From IMG/VR virus record IMGVR_UViG_3300025770_000870, positions 62,001-126,000 of that record: 64,000 bases of DNA. One strand, written 5' to 3'. Of this stretch, positions 38,333 to 47,759 are shown in pieces. The notes under the pieces were generated by a model. The model was given only the letters and a program-made list of their open reading frames with translations, was not told the DNA's origin and searched no databases. The position numbers were made by a program, and so were the translations under genes. The stretch's first letter is position 1, and each line of letters opens with the position of its first letter.

Positions 38333-38950
38333 ATGAATCTTAAAATAAAATTATTATCATTACTAATGTTATTCACATTTAGTGGTATTTCTCAAATAAA
38401 TTATGAAAATTGGTCAACTCTGAATGTTTGTGGTGGTGTAAGTGATAAATTCAAGGTATACATGGAATTAGAACAAAGGTTCAATCATACAAACAAAAAA
38501 ATAAGATATCTACATGGTGATATTGGATTGGTATATAAAGTAGGTGATAAATTATCTATTGGTGGTTATTACAGAGAGTTATATGAAACTAAAAAGGGTG
38601 TTCGTGTTTCTGAAATTAGACCACATTTGGATATCTTTTATAAATTCAATAAGAATTGGAAAGTAAGAATAAGAAATGAATATCAAATAAAAGAATTTGA
38701 TGATGATATTTATAGACTGAGAATAAGAGGTACTTACAAATTGAACAAATTTGAAAATTTCAATCCATTAATACAAACAGAGGTTTTTTTAACACCAAAT
38801 GGGTTAGTTAGGAATAGATTAAATATAGCGACCTCAATAAAGGTAGGTGATAAATTAATTATAGAACCTGGTTACTTATTAGAATCTAATAATAAGTCAG
38901 GATGGACTAACATACACATTTTGTGGGTTAATACAAAAATTAAATTTTAA
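38333..38950 (+). CDS. Outer-membrane beta-barrel, DUF2490-like
   Basis: Signal peptide; alternating beta pattern (E.RF, R.R.R, RNR); terminal Phe. Confidence 0.75.
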   Translation: MNLKIKLLSLLMLFTFSGISQINYENWSTLNVCGGVSDKFKVYMELEQRFNHTNKKIRYLHGDIGLVYKVGDKLSIGGYYRELYETKKGVRVSEIRPHLDIFYKFNKNWKVRIRNEYQIKEFDDDIYRLRIRGTYKLNKFENFNPLIQTEVFLTPNGLVRNRLNIATSIKVGDKLIIEPGYLLESNNKSGWTNIHILWVNTKIKF

Positions 38951-38954
38951 TAGT

Positions 38955-39060
38955 TTATTTAAGTAAATTACAATATTCTTTGAAGTGTTTGATTCTATCA
39001 TATAATTTTATTGAAAAATAAAGCCGCTGATGCTAAAGGATATTTATCAACCACTATATT
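38955..39060 (-). pseudogene. GH19 lysozyme/chitinase C-terminal relic
   Basis: VVDKYPLASAALFFNK followed in another frame by LYDRIKHFKEYCNLLK*. Confidence 0.6.
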
Positions 39061-39077
39061 AAAAGGTGTGGTTATGG

Positions 39078-40559
39078 TTATTGACAATCATAACAAGGTC
39101 GTTCACCTCTCCCACTACAATCAGAACATTCTATGGTTGAATTACCATCACATTCAGTACAATCTACTTTACCCCTAGCATCACAATCCTCACAATCTAC
39201 ATCATGTTCTTCACCATCAGATCCTTCTTCTGTTATAGTTCCTCCACCATCACAATTTGAACAATTTTCTGTACCATATCCGTCACATTCTGGACAGTCT
39301 CTTTCACCACTACCACCACAATCATAACATTCCACTTCGCCTCCACCACCACATCCCTCACATCTATAATGTGAGCCTTCAGTATCTTCTAATATATAAC
39401 AATTACCACATTCATCTATTGATAGTGTACCATTATCTTTATTCCAATATTTCAAAGTGTCTAAGTAAGGATATTTTTCATATTCACCTGGTTTTATATC
39501 CACGATTATGTTCAAATTTGTATCATCACCATTAGGATCAATACAACTACCATTGGCGTTGGATGCGTTTCCACGTTTTGTATACCAACCATTCTCTTTA
39601 GCATAATCCTTAAATAATTGAACATCAGAATCATTGGCTGTGTATATTCTATCCATAAATCTTTTACCATCTCTCAATTTCCAAAGTAATGCTCTTCCTA
39701 AAATTTTATCTGTATCATCATCTGATTTATAAATAACCAAAGTACAAACTTCTGGATTAGAAATATAGATATCAAAAAATTCCTCATCAACAGCGGACAT
39801 ACAAGAACTACCTAATACGCCCCTCCTTGTCGAGTAATGTGAATAGTGATACCAATATCCTATTTTATCACCAGTAACTTCTTCAAATAGTGAAAATTTA
39901 TCATTAAATTTATCAATTGTTGCTTTATATAAATTAACAAATACTTCAATATCCTTATCAAGGAATTCTATATCATTAGTTTTAAGTAATGCTCTAATAG
40001 CTCTACCTACTTTAACTTCTTGTCTATTCGTTGACCAAATTTTATCCAATCTATCATCAACCTTTCTAATCTTTTCGGCATTTATGACCAATTCTGTACT
40101 TGGGAATTTAACATAAACAAATCTCTTACCCGATTCTTCCGAAACTGTTTCTTTAATAATTTCTCCTAGTTCATCATTTTCTGGTTTTATCAATTCCTCA
40201 CCAGGTGTGAATCCTAAAGCATCGAAAATAGTTTTATTTTTATATTCTCCTCCTTCATTTTTATTAAAAGTTAACCAACCACCATTATTACCAACAAATC
40301 TAACCTTAATATTTTCCTCACTCAGTATTTGTTGTGCTCTTCTATCTGGTATAAATGATACTTTATCATTTTTATCCATTACTATATCAAAATAATTAGA
40401 CCTAACGTCTAAATCTTTATTCTCAACATCTAAAAGTGATTTGGATACTGGGTTCTCTATTTTTGAAAGAGTGAGTCTAAATTTATCAGAATAAACGACA
40501 TCCGACTCCAATATTAACTCTAATGACTCATTTATGAAATCAAAATACTTTTTTAACAT
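39078..40559 (-). CDS. Leader-tagged protein with SCM/FMDRIY domain and 8 CxxC(xGxG) repeats
   Basis: MLKKYFDFINES; GVLGSSCM; ILGRALLW..DGKRFMDRIY; paralog of ORF 28395. Confidence 0.8.
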   Translation of the reverse strand: MLKKYFDFINESLELILESDVVYSDKFRLTLSKIENPVSKSLLDVENKDLDVRSNYFDIVMDKNDKVSFIPDRRAQQILSEENIKVRFVGNNGGWLTFNKNEGGEYKNKTIFDALGFTPGEELIKPENDELGEIIKETVSEESGKRFVYVKFPSTELVINAEKIRKVDDRLDKIWSTNRQEVKVGRAIRALLKTNDIEFLDKDIEVFVNLYKATIDKFNDKFSLFEEVTGDKIGYWYHYSHYSTRRGVLGSSCMSAVDEEFFDIYISNPEVCTLVIYKSDDDTDKILGRALLWKLRDGKRFMDRIYTANDSDVQLFKDYAKENGWYTKRGNASNANGSCIDPNGDDTNLNIIVDIKPGEYEKYPYLDTLKYWNKDNGTLSIDECGNCYILEDTEGSHYRCEGCGGGGEVECYDCGGSGERDCPECDGYGTENCSNCDGGGTITEEGSDGEEHDVDCEDCDARGKVDCTECDGNSTIECSDCSGRGERPCYDCQ

Positions 40560-40597
40560 AATTATATTTCAGTTTTTATATATATTAAATACTATTT

Positions 40598-40879
40598 ATG
40601 AAATATATTAAACCATATAAAATTTTTGAATCAAGATACACTCTTGAGGAATACTTATATGCTGTTTCACAAGAATTTAGTAAGTATAATATCTCTGCGG
40701 TCGGTGTTCGAGAGTTGTTAGATAATTATAAAGTAGCTATCGAAGATGCTATATCAAGTGATGTTGATCCATATACATTTGTAAAAAATATTGCTAATGA
40801 TATGCAATTATCTGATAATGGTGGTTTCATGAGTCATGACACACCGCCTCCGCAACCAACAACGATTAAATATCTATAA
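40598..40879 (+). CDS. Leader-tagged hypothetical protein
   Basis: MKYIKPYKIFES. Confidence 0.75.
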   Translation: MKYIKPYKIFESRYTLEEYLYAVSQEFSKYNISAVGVRELLDNYKVAIEDAISSDVDPYTFVKNIANDMQLSDNGGFMSHDTPPPQPTTIKYL

Positions 40880-40972
40880 TCTATATCTTTTTTCTCATTA
40901 TATAGGAAAACATAAACTTGAGCAGATTATTGAATTGAAAAGTTAATATATACAGAAAGTATTAATTTTATT

Positions 40973-41353
40973 ATGAGAATAAAGAGATTCAATGAAATAG
41001 AAAAATCAGGAGAAATATCTGAAGGTATAGATGCTGATATCTTAGGTATCACAACTAACACTGGTAGAAGAACCGGAACTAGAAGTCCTAATAGAAGAAC
41101 TCAATACTTTTATGATTACTATACTGGTAAGAAAATTAGTGGTAAATCTAAATATGAATTAAACTCTAAAGTTTTTGACTTGGCTAAGAGAGATGATGAA
41201 CTTGGTTTATTAGCTCAATTTTGTTTACAAGTTGAAAGAGATTCAATGACTACTGATTATAGTATTACAGGACAAATGGATAAAGGTGGTTTGTCTGATG
41301 AATTTATACAAAAGATTAAAAATATCAGTGATAATATTGAAGGTGAAGAGTAA
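40973..41353 (+). CDS. Leader-tagged hypothetical protein
   Basis: MRIKRFNE; TAATATATA at 40944-40952. Confidence 0.75.
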   Translation: MRIKRFNEIEKSGEISEGIDADILGITTNTGRRTGTRSPNRRTQYFYDYYTGKKISGKSKYELNSKVFDLAKRDDELGLLAQFCLQVERDSMTTDYSITGQMDKGGLSDEFIQKIKNISDNIEGEE

Positions 41354-41364
41354 ATAAACTTGTT

Positions 41365-41586
41365 TCAATTTAATCTAACTATAACACACCCATAATTTGT
41401 AGGGTGATCAATAACATTAAAATTATAATCATAACAAGTTTCTTTAACGATTTCTTTCATACGATTACTAATACCCGTTATAATTTCAATCTCAATCTCA
41501 TTTTTTTGCATCATTTCCCAAAAGAAGGTATCTAACCTCCTTGACACAAACTCATGTTTAATTCCATGTAAATCTAACTTTTTCAT
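41365..41586 (-). CDS. Stand-alone Smr-domain protein
   Basis: LDLHG, IITG, N.G motifs. Confidence 0.85.
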   Translation of the reverse strand: MKKLDLHGIKHEFVSRRLDTFFWEMMQKNEIEIEIITGISNRMKEIVKETCYDYNFNVIDHPTNYGCVIVRLN

Positions 41587-41603
41587 TTTAATATATATCT
41601 TAT

Positions 41604-41858
41604 ATGAGATATCTGAGAACATACAAAAAGTTTACGGAAAATGCTTACGTAGCAGCATCCACTGCTGGTTCTGGTAGTGTAGTTGCTGCTCAACCTGGAT
41701 CCTTACCTGGTACATTCGGAACAGATGGGTCTGGTGATATTGGGTTTACCTTTAAGAAGGAGAAAAGAAAAAAAGGTGATGTTACCGAGGTTAGTGATTT
41801 GAGAGACCTAGAAGAGGTTGAAATTGAGAAGGTTGATGATATAAAAATCAAAAATTAA
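41604..41858 (+). CDS. Leader-tagged low-complexity protein
   Basis: MRYLRTYKKFTEN; TAATATATA at 41589-41597. Confidence 0.7.
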   Translation: MRYLRTYKKFTENAYVAASTAGSGSVVAAQPGSLPGTFGTDGSGDIGFTFKKEKRKKGDVTEVSDLRDLEEVEIEKVDDIKIKN

Positions 41859-41871
41859 TAAGTTATTTAAA

Positions 41872-42142
41872 ATAAAAAAGAAACTGATTTACATCTGTGT
41901 GATCAGATATAATTTCAGTCTCTTTTCTTACGAGTCCAGAAGTTCACAATTTCATTTACTCTACTACACACCTTTTAATTCAACCGTATCGGTATAGCTA
42001 ATACTAATCTACTGCGGATTAAACAGATAAAGAATCCATAACCTCGGTAAAAGTTATCCCAATTTTCATCACAAGTTACCGCGAGTGATTTATATGAGAG
42101 TGATTAAACACTTTTTTAATTTCGGTATAAATTAAATACCTT
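41872..42142 (-). ncRNA. Candidate ~270-nt structured RNA
   Basis: TATATTTG promoter (42147-42154); at least five hairpins; long terminal hairpin with T-tail; no long ORF. Confidence 0.55.
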
Positions 42143-42155
42143 AATACAAATATAG

Positions 42156-42431
42156 TTATTTTATTTTAATATTTGATCTTTTTTTATTATTATATTTCTG
42201 AGCTTTCTCCTTGATATCGGTCAGAGACATACCAAATATTAATGCGATTATTATTATAACTACTGACAATAAAGCAGTTGATATGATAATCAAAAATGGT
42301 ATCCATAATGGAGATGTTACCCACCACCAAGACCAAGTTGCGACCATACCTACTTCAGCTAATTTTAATCCCAAAAATAGGAGGAAAATTAACACAGGTA
42401 AACTCAAACCACTGTTATTAGATTTTGACAT
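42156..42431 (-). CDS. Membrane protein of the phage WSWWWV.SPLW family
   Basis: LKL.G...WSWWWVTSPLWIP. Confidence 0.8.
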   Translation of the reverse strand: MSKSNNSGLSLPVLIFLLFLGLKLAEVGMVATWSWWWVTSPLWIPFLIIISTALLSVVIIIIALIFGMSLTDIKEKAQKYNNKKRSNIKIK

Positions 42432-42503
42432 ACAATCTTTTTTATTTTATACCTATTTCTTATAATAAGTTTTCTATTTTTTTTTGTGAATATATGAGAT
42501 TGA

Positions 42504-42698
42504 TTATGTAACTGAGACTTTTCTTATTTCAATGTATTCACTTTCATATCCATCATATAAGTCTTTCCTATCCAAAGTCCAACGGCTCACACCCAATTGC
42601 TCATTACCATAATGAGCGTATAATTTTCCGAGGTTAACAAACACCTCTACTCTGTTCGTCAATTTCCAACGAATATAAATTATAGTTTGACTTCTCAT
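42504..42698 (-). CDS. Hypothetical protein
   Basis: 64-aa ORF. Confidence 0.6.
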   Translation of the reverse strand: MRSQTIIYIRWKLTNRVEVFVNLGKLYAHYGNEQLGVSRWTLDRKDLYDGYESEYIEIRKVSVT

Positions 42699-42722
42699 AT
42701 ATATTATAAAAAGAAGAGAGAA

Positions 42723-43502
42723 TTATACTCTCTCTTCCCAAAGTTCACCAATATTAAGTAATCGATGTTGTATACCATACATATTTATAGTAGCACTTCT
42801 GTGGAAGTGACCATAATAGTGGTGTGTGATATCATTACCATTTAATCTCAATAAATGAAACATATCTGTTATTTGATTTCGTTCAAATAACAGATCGGTT
42901 TTTAATTCTGTATCACCAGTATCTCTAATTATACCTTCAACAAAAGGACCAAGTCCAATGCTATTATCAACAGGACAATAATCGGGTGAGTTATGTGTAA
43001 CTACAATATCGATGTCTTTCATGTTAGCTATTTTATCACGATCTAATACGAATACTTCATCTTTCCACCAACTTTGACCTGGGTGTATTGTATAGTCACC
43101 TTTTCTTTGTTTATCAGTTCTTCTCCAATTTCTATCAACACTCACAGCACCACCAACACAAAGTATATTTTTTGTTTCGGTAAATCCTAATGTATCTAAT
43201 TCTAAATTAAGGATGGTGTAGTCTGGAATAAGTTTAATATTACTAAATCCAAATGGGTCATTATCGAAATAAGGTTTGAAGTCATGATTACCACGAATTG
43301 CGTATAACATGATGTTATTCTTCTCAAGAATAGTATTTACATATCCTAATGTTCGGCGCTCTTTCTCAAGAGTAGCAAAACCAACACCAAAGTCACCAAC
43401 TTGAATTATGATAGCATCTTTTATATCATACTGCTTAACATATTGATTAATCAAGTTAAAATTTCCGTGGATATCACCGAGATATAAAATTCTTTTTTTC
43501 AT
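42723..43502 (-). CDS. Calcineurin-like metallophosphoesterase
   Basis: GDIHG, GDFG, RGNHD, VTH, GHFH; start MKKRIL 4 nt after TATATTTG. Confidence 0.92.
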   Translation of the reverse strand: MKKRILYLGDIHGNFNLINQYVKQYDIKDAIIIQVGDFGVGFATLEKERRTLGYVNTILEKNNIMLYAIRGNHDFKPYFDNDPFGFSNIKLIPDYTILNLELDTLGFTETKNILCVGGAVSVDRNWRRTDKQRKGDYTIHPGQSWWKDEVFVLDRDKIANMKDIDIVVTHNSPDYCPVDNSIGLGPFVEGIIRDTGDTELKTDLLFERNQITDMFHLLRLNGNDITHHYYGHFHRSATINMYGIQHRLLNIGELWEERV

Positions 43503-43568
43503 ATTACAAATATAAGTAAAATTTACAGAAGGCAAAAATTATTTATAGTATATCATGATGTTACATGA

Positions 43569-43781
43569 TTAACTTATACTTTTGAACCTTTTTTTACCAC
43601 TCTCTACATTAGAATTCCAATTATCGAGGGGTCTAGCATGGTATGATCCGAAAAGAATTGATTTGTAGATAACTAGCTTATCACCATTCTCGCTATGTGG
43701 GGCCATAAATAAAAATTCATATACACCACCTTTATAATGCCTGTATTTCCCACCAGGCTCGGGATATTTTACTTTTTCCAT
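43569..43781 (-). CDS. DUF1653-family protein
   Basis: YRHYKGG.YE...A.HSE...VIY...ARP. Confidence 0.85.
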   Translation of the reverse strand: MEKVKYPEPGGKYRHYKGGVYEFLFMAPHSENGDKLVIYKSILFGSYHARPLDNWNSNVESGKKRFKSIS

Positions 43782-43812
43782 ATAAATAATATGTAGTAAG
43801 TAAGTGAAAGTT

Positions 43813-44256
43813 TTAATTTTTTATTAAATATCTCACAACAGAATCCCAATTTTCGAATTTATCAGAACCAAAGTGTAACCACTCTCCTTCAAATTCTGGT
43901 TGTCCATCAGCGTCACTATCATCAATTAGGTATTCACCCTTCAATAATGATTTGTCACCACACAGAACCATTCTTTGAACAACGTCAAATCCTAAGTGGT
44001 CCCAAATCCATTGTGCCTTTTCTGTGAAACAATTTACGTTTCTAAATGAAGGTCTTGTTAGAATCCAAACATCATATTTTTCTTCTAGTTTCCTAAATGA
44101 ATCAATTGCACCAGGCATTTCTTCTAATTTAAGAAAAAATCCCCATTGAGATTGTGGATATTTTTGCTCAGGATATTTTTCTAAAGCTTCTGATGCGGCT
44201 TTGAAAAAATCACAAAGGACTCCATCCATATCTACGTAAACTTTTTTTCTTTTCAT
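43813..44256 (-). CDS. 5'(3')-deoxyribonucleotidase (HAD, NT5C-like)
   Basis: VYVDMDGVLCDF; EK..W; DKSLLKG.YLIDD. Confidence 0.92.
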   Translation of the reverse strand: MKRKKVYVDMDGVLCDFFKAASEALEKYPEQKYPQSQWGFFLKLEEMPGAIDSFRKLEEKYDVWILTRPSFRNVNCFTEKAQWIWDHLGFDVVQRMVLCGDKSLLKGEYLIDDSDADGQPEFEGEWLHFGSDKFENWDSVVRYLIKN

Positions 44257-44411
44257 AATATTTCTTTTAATTTTCTACTTCGAAAAATGTTACTTTCTAT
44301 GAAATAACAAGTAAGGTACTTATAAGTGTGTTCATAATATAATATACAGAATTAATATATAATATTATAATTATAGTTGATAATTATAGATTAGTTTAAA
44401 TAAGGAACAAC

Positions 44412-44945
44412 ATGAAACATATAAAAAGATTTGATGAGGTTATTAAAGTCGATATTAAAGTCGGTGATACTGTCCTTGGTGGTCGATTTAAGAATAAGAA
44501 AACCCTTGTTAAGAAAATAGGTAAAAATAAAAAAGGTGATATAACTATTAATGATAAGCCTTTGCTTAAATATAGAATCATAAAAGAAGATGTTGATATT
44601 AAAGATGTTGTTACTTATTACTTATCACATTTAATAGATGATGGATTCGTAGCTTATGATGGAGATGAATTTATAAGAATTTTCAAACCAAAGTATGGTG
44701 ATGTTTATACTTATACGAATTTAATAGAATTTAATTTTGCTGAAATAGCTGGTGATATAATCAGGTTTGTTAATTCAGTGGACGATATTAAAAATATATC
44801 ATATATGACAATTGCTGAAAAACCAAAAGAGTATAAAATGCAAGGTGGTGGTGTGTTATTTGATAATTTGGAAAGAAATGTTATTGATATTAATAATTTA
44901 GAACAAGTCAATATGGATATGTATTCATTGACTATATTATTTTAA
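44412..44945 (+). CDS. Leader-tagged protein (KOW-like plus paralog-family domain)
   Basis: MKHIKRFDE; IKVGDTVLGGRFKNK; YLSHLIDDGF. Confidence 0.75.
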   Translation: MKHIKRFDEVIKVDIKVGDTVLGGRFKNKKTLVKKIGKNKKGDITINDKPLLKYRIIKEDVDIKDVVTYYLSHLIDDGFVAYDGDEFIRIFKPKYGDVYTYTNLIEFNFAEIAGDIIRFVNSVDDIKNISYMTIAEKPKEYKMQGGGVLFDNLERNVIDINNLEQVNMDMYSLTILF

Positions 44946-44997
44946 TATAATGTAAACTTTTACATGGTCAAGAAATAAAAGAAATAAATCTTTAAAA

Positions 44998-45261
44998 ATG
45001 TCAAAATCAGAAAACGTTAAAGTTAAGAAGAAAACCACTAAGAAACCTAGTGCTAAAAAAACTACTCAGAAGAAAGTAGTTAAGAAACCTAAAGTTATTA
45101 AAGACCTAAGTTTATGGGCCTTAAACGAGAATAACGAAATCGAAAAAGTTATTGTACCACTTAAATATAAATTGGATTATATTAAAAGATTCGGTGTTAT
45201 GGAAATAACAAATAAAACGGAGTTAAAAACTTGGTTAGAAAATATTAAATTAGTAGGATGA
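44998..45261 (+). CDS. Lys-rich hypothetical protein
   Basis: Histone-like KKTTKK N-terminus. Confidence 0.65.
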   Translation: MSKSENVKVKKKTTKKPSAKKTTQKKVVKKPKVIKDLSLWALNENNEIEKVIVPLKYKLDYIKRFGVMEITNKTELKTWLENIKLVG

Positions 45262-45704
45262 TTAAAATATCAATGGGTTCGGACCATGCTGGTTTTGAAT
45301 TAAAACAGGAAATTAAAAAATACCTTCACACACTTGGTAATAAAGTTGAAATAAGTGATAAGGGTTGTTTTGTTGAGGAAAGGTGTGACTACCCAGACTA
45401 TGCACATTTAGTTGCAGAAGATGTTGAAAAAGATATATGTGATTTTGGTATATTAGTTTGTGGATCAGGTAATGGTATAAATATGTCAGCTAATAAATGG
45501 GATGGTGTTAGATCTGCATTATGTTGGAACTCCGAAATAGCTAATATGGCGAGACTTCATAACGATGCTAATATACTAACACTACCTGGGAGATATATTT
45601 CGGTAGAAGACGCAATAGAGTGTGTGTGTGAGTTTATGAAGACCGAATTTGAAGGTGGTAGACACTCCGATAGAGTTGAAAAAATATCTATTTGTAGATC
45701 CTAA
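45258..45704 (+). CDS. rpiB: Ribose-5-phosphate isomerase B
   Basis: GSDHAG, DYPD, CGSGNG, ARLHNDAN, FEGGRH..RV. Confidence 0.97.
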   Translation: MIKISMGSDHAGFELKQEIKKYLHTLGNKVEISDKGCFVEERCDYPDYAHLVAEDVEKDICDFGILVCGSGNGINMSANKWDGVRSALCWNSEIANMARLHNDANILTLPGRYISVEDAIECVCEFMKTEFEGGRHSDRVEKISICRS

Positions 45705-45809
45705 AATTGGTAAAAATAAATTCGATGAAATTTATTAAAATTTCAAGGTTTTGGTATAAAGTGATAATATAAAGTTAATAGATATATTACAAAAAATAAC
45801 ATCTTACTT

Positions 45810-46043
45810 ATGAAAAATTTCGATAACAACCTTAGAGAATTTACTATTTCACATTTAAATGGAAATAAAATAGATGAAGATTATAAATTTCTTGTTGAGA
45901 AATTTATTTTTTATATGGATGCTTATTGTGCTGAAATGAAAACCACAGATAGTGAAGTTTTAAACAATGATAAGTTATATAAAACGGTATCTTCTCTTTT
46001 TAAGAGTGTTATTATGGAGAAGCAACTTAATATGGTTGTTTAA
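45810..46043 (+). CDS. Hypothetical protein
   Basis: 77-aa ORF. Confidence 0.6.
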   Translation: MKNFDNNLREFTISHLNGNKIDEDYKFLVEKFIFYMDAYCAEMKTTDSEVLNNDKLYKTVSSLFKSVIMEKQLNMVV

Positions 46044-46445
46044 TTAAAAGTTTGTGTGTGCTACACCATCACCGAATGTAACATATTCCTTTTCTTTTTC
46101 TTTTGTAAAAGAAAGATATTTATCAATAGGATAATGTTCACGATCTTCGGTATCTTTTTCGAACCATTCTGATATTTTCATTAAGTCACGTATCCTCTCA
46201 ATTATATCTTTTAGGTTTGAAGAATCTGGTGTTTCCTTATATTCTTTCCATTGAATTCTAACAAATATTTGATCACTTTTGGGTAACATCTTACTAACAT
46301 TTATAGAAAATCCTTCGTCTTCCAATTCCATACAAATATCCTTTATCGTTTGTACCAAACAATCTGTTTCTTCGTTATCATATCCCATTCTACAAGGTTT
46401 GGAAACGTTTGAGTTAAATTCATTTATAGATTTTAGATATCTCAT
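46044..46445 (-). CDS. Leader-tagged paralog-family protein
   Basis: MRYLKSINEF; IKDICMELEDEGFSINV. Confidence 0.75.
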   Translation of the reverse strand: MRYLKSINEFNSNVSKPCRMGYDNEETDCLVQTIKDICMELEDEGFSINVSKMLPKSDQIFVRIQWKEYKETPDSSNLKDIIERIRDLMKISEWFEKDTEDREHYPIDKYLSFTKEKEKEYVTFGDGVAHTNF

Positions 46446-46963
46446 TTTTCGTAAGGAGCAAATATGTGTTCCCAGGGGATAATATCTTCTGTGTGATACA
46501 TAGCAATATCAAATCTAATACCATGTTCACCATCACCTTGAAATACCGAGGACTCTAAAGAAAAATTAAGTATTTTGAATTTATACCCAAAATCTTTTAT
46601 TTTAATTAACGAATCAGAAAACTCATTAAAGAATTCAATTGTACTAGACATTTGTTTATCATTTACATCTCTAATTGATGATGATAAATCATCAAATCTT
46701 AATCTAAGTGTATATCCTTTATAAAGAGGTTTATCTATGTAATTTATTCTATCTCTAACTTCAAAGTTTTCATCAACTAAAGTATGTGTTGAGTTTTTAA
46801 TTCCTATAATTTTACCACCTAAATCAACCAATTCTAAGAAAAATTCTTTTAACTCACCATCTCTATTATATTCAGATCTCATGATAGCTAATTCAAACCA
46901 ACCATCTCCCTCGCCCGATTCGTTTATCATCTCTACATTATTATAATTCTTTAAGTATTTCAT
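46442..46963 (-). CDS. Leader-tagged paralog-family protein
   Basis: MKYLKNYN..MINES; LKEFFLELVDLG; TAATATATA at 46968-46976. Confidence 0.75.
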   Translation of the reverse strand: MKYLKNYNNVEMINESGEGDGWFELAIMRSEYNRDGELKEFFLELVDLGGKIIGIKNSTHTLVDENFEVRDRINYIDKPLYKGYTLRLRFDDLSSSIRDVNDKQMSSTIEFFNEFSDSLIKIKDFGYKFKILNFSLESSVFQGDGEHGIRFDIAMYHTEDIIPWEHIFAPYEK

Positions 46964-46973
46964 TAACTATATA

Positions 46974-47194
46974 TTATTTTCCTTTGAAGAAATTCCAAAA
47001 TCCACCGACTTTCTTTTTAGGATATTCAACTGCTTGTGGTTTGATTGGTTCTTCTGGTTTATTTAACTCTCCATTACTATACCACATATTTCTCTTATCT
47101 TTAGATAGTCTTGGTATTCTGGGGAATCGGTGTTGACTCCATTTTTATTTAATATCGATTTAGCGTATGCTATATTTTCATTAATAATACTCAC
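46974..47194 (-). pseudogene. Internally deleted/frameshifted gene
   Basis: GTG-SIINENIAYAKSILNK...REICG then frameshift to ...PKKKVGGFWNFFKGK*; TTATATATA box 4 nt upstream. Confidence 0.55.
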
Positions 47195-47211
47195 GTTGTA
47201 TATATAAAAAC

Positions 47212-47246
47212 AAAAAAACCCAATCACTTTTGGTGATTGGGTTTTT
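47212..47246. terminator. Intrinsic terminator after the FKBP gene
   Basis: AAAAACCCAATCAC-ttttg-GTGATTGGGTTTTT. Confidence 0.9.
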
Positions 47247-47265
47247 ATATCAATATGTTTGGTTA

Positions 47266-47712
47266 TTAAGCCTCTGTTGTCTCAGTAGCAGTTGCTTGAA
47301 TATCAATAACTTCAATGTCAAATTGGATATCTTTCCCAGCTAACGGGTGATTACCATCAATCACAATGTGATTTTCTTTAATCTCTTTAACTTTTACTGG
47401 TGTACTTTGACCATTGTCTGATTGTGCTTCAAGTGTTAATCCAACTTCAACATCCCCAGGCATTTGGTCTTTAGGTACTTCTACAATTAGGTCTTCTCTT
47501 ACTGGTCCGTAAGCATCTTCTGGTGTTAAAAACTCTGTGTTGACTTTATCTCCTATATTTTTACCGATTAAAACGTCTTCAAATCCCGGAATTATTTGTC
47601 CAGAACCAATTTGAAACGTTAAGGGATCTCTTCCCTGTGATGTGTCAAAAGTTGTTCCATCAGTTAATTTACCAGTATAATGAACGCTAACTACATTTCC
47701 ATTTTCTATCAT
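47266..47712 (-). CDS. FKBP-type peptidyl-prolyl isomerase (SlyD/SlpA-like)
   Basis: VHYTGKL.DG..FD, IIPGFE, PEDAYG, IDGNHPLAGK. Confidence 0.95.
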   Translation of the reverse strand: MIENGNVVSVHYTGKLTDGTTFDTSQGRDPLTFQIGSGQIIPGFEDVLIGKNIGDKVNTEFLTPEDAYGPVREDLIVEVPKDQMPGDVEVGLTLEAQSDNGQSTPVKVKEIKENHIVIDGNHPLAGKDIQFDIEVIDIQATATETTEA

Positions 47713-47759
47713 AATAATTAATTTATTTTTAAGTTATATTATTAATTCTTTTTTTGTTG

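Noticed and set aside
41872-42142. RNase P RNA or tmRNA identity for the structured region
   Set aside because: No GAGGAAAGTCC-type P4 motif, and no tRNA-like ends or tag reading frame.
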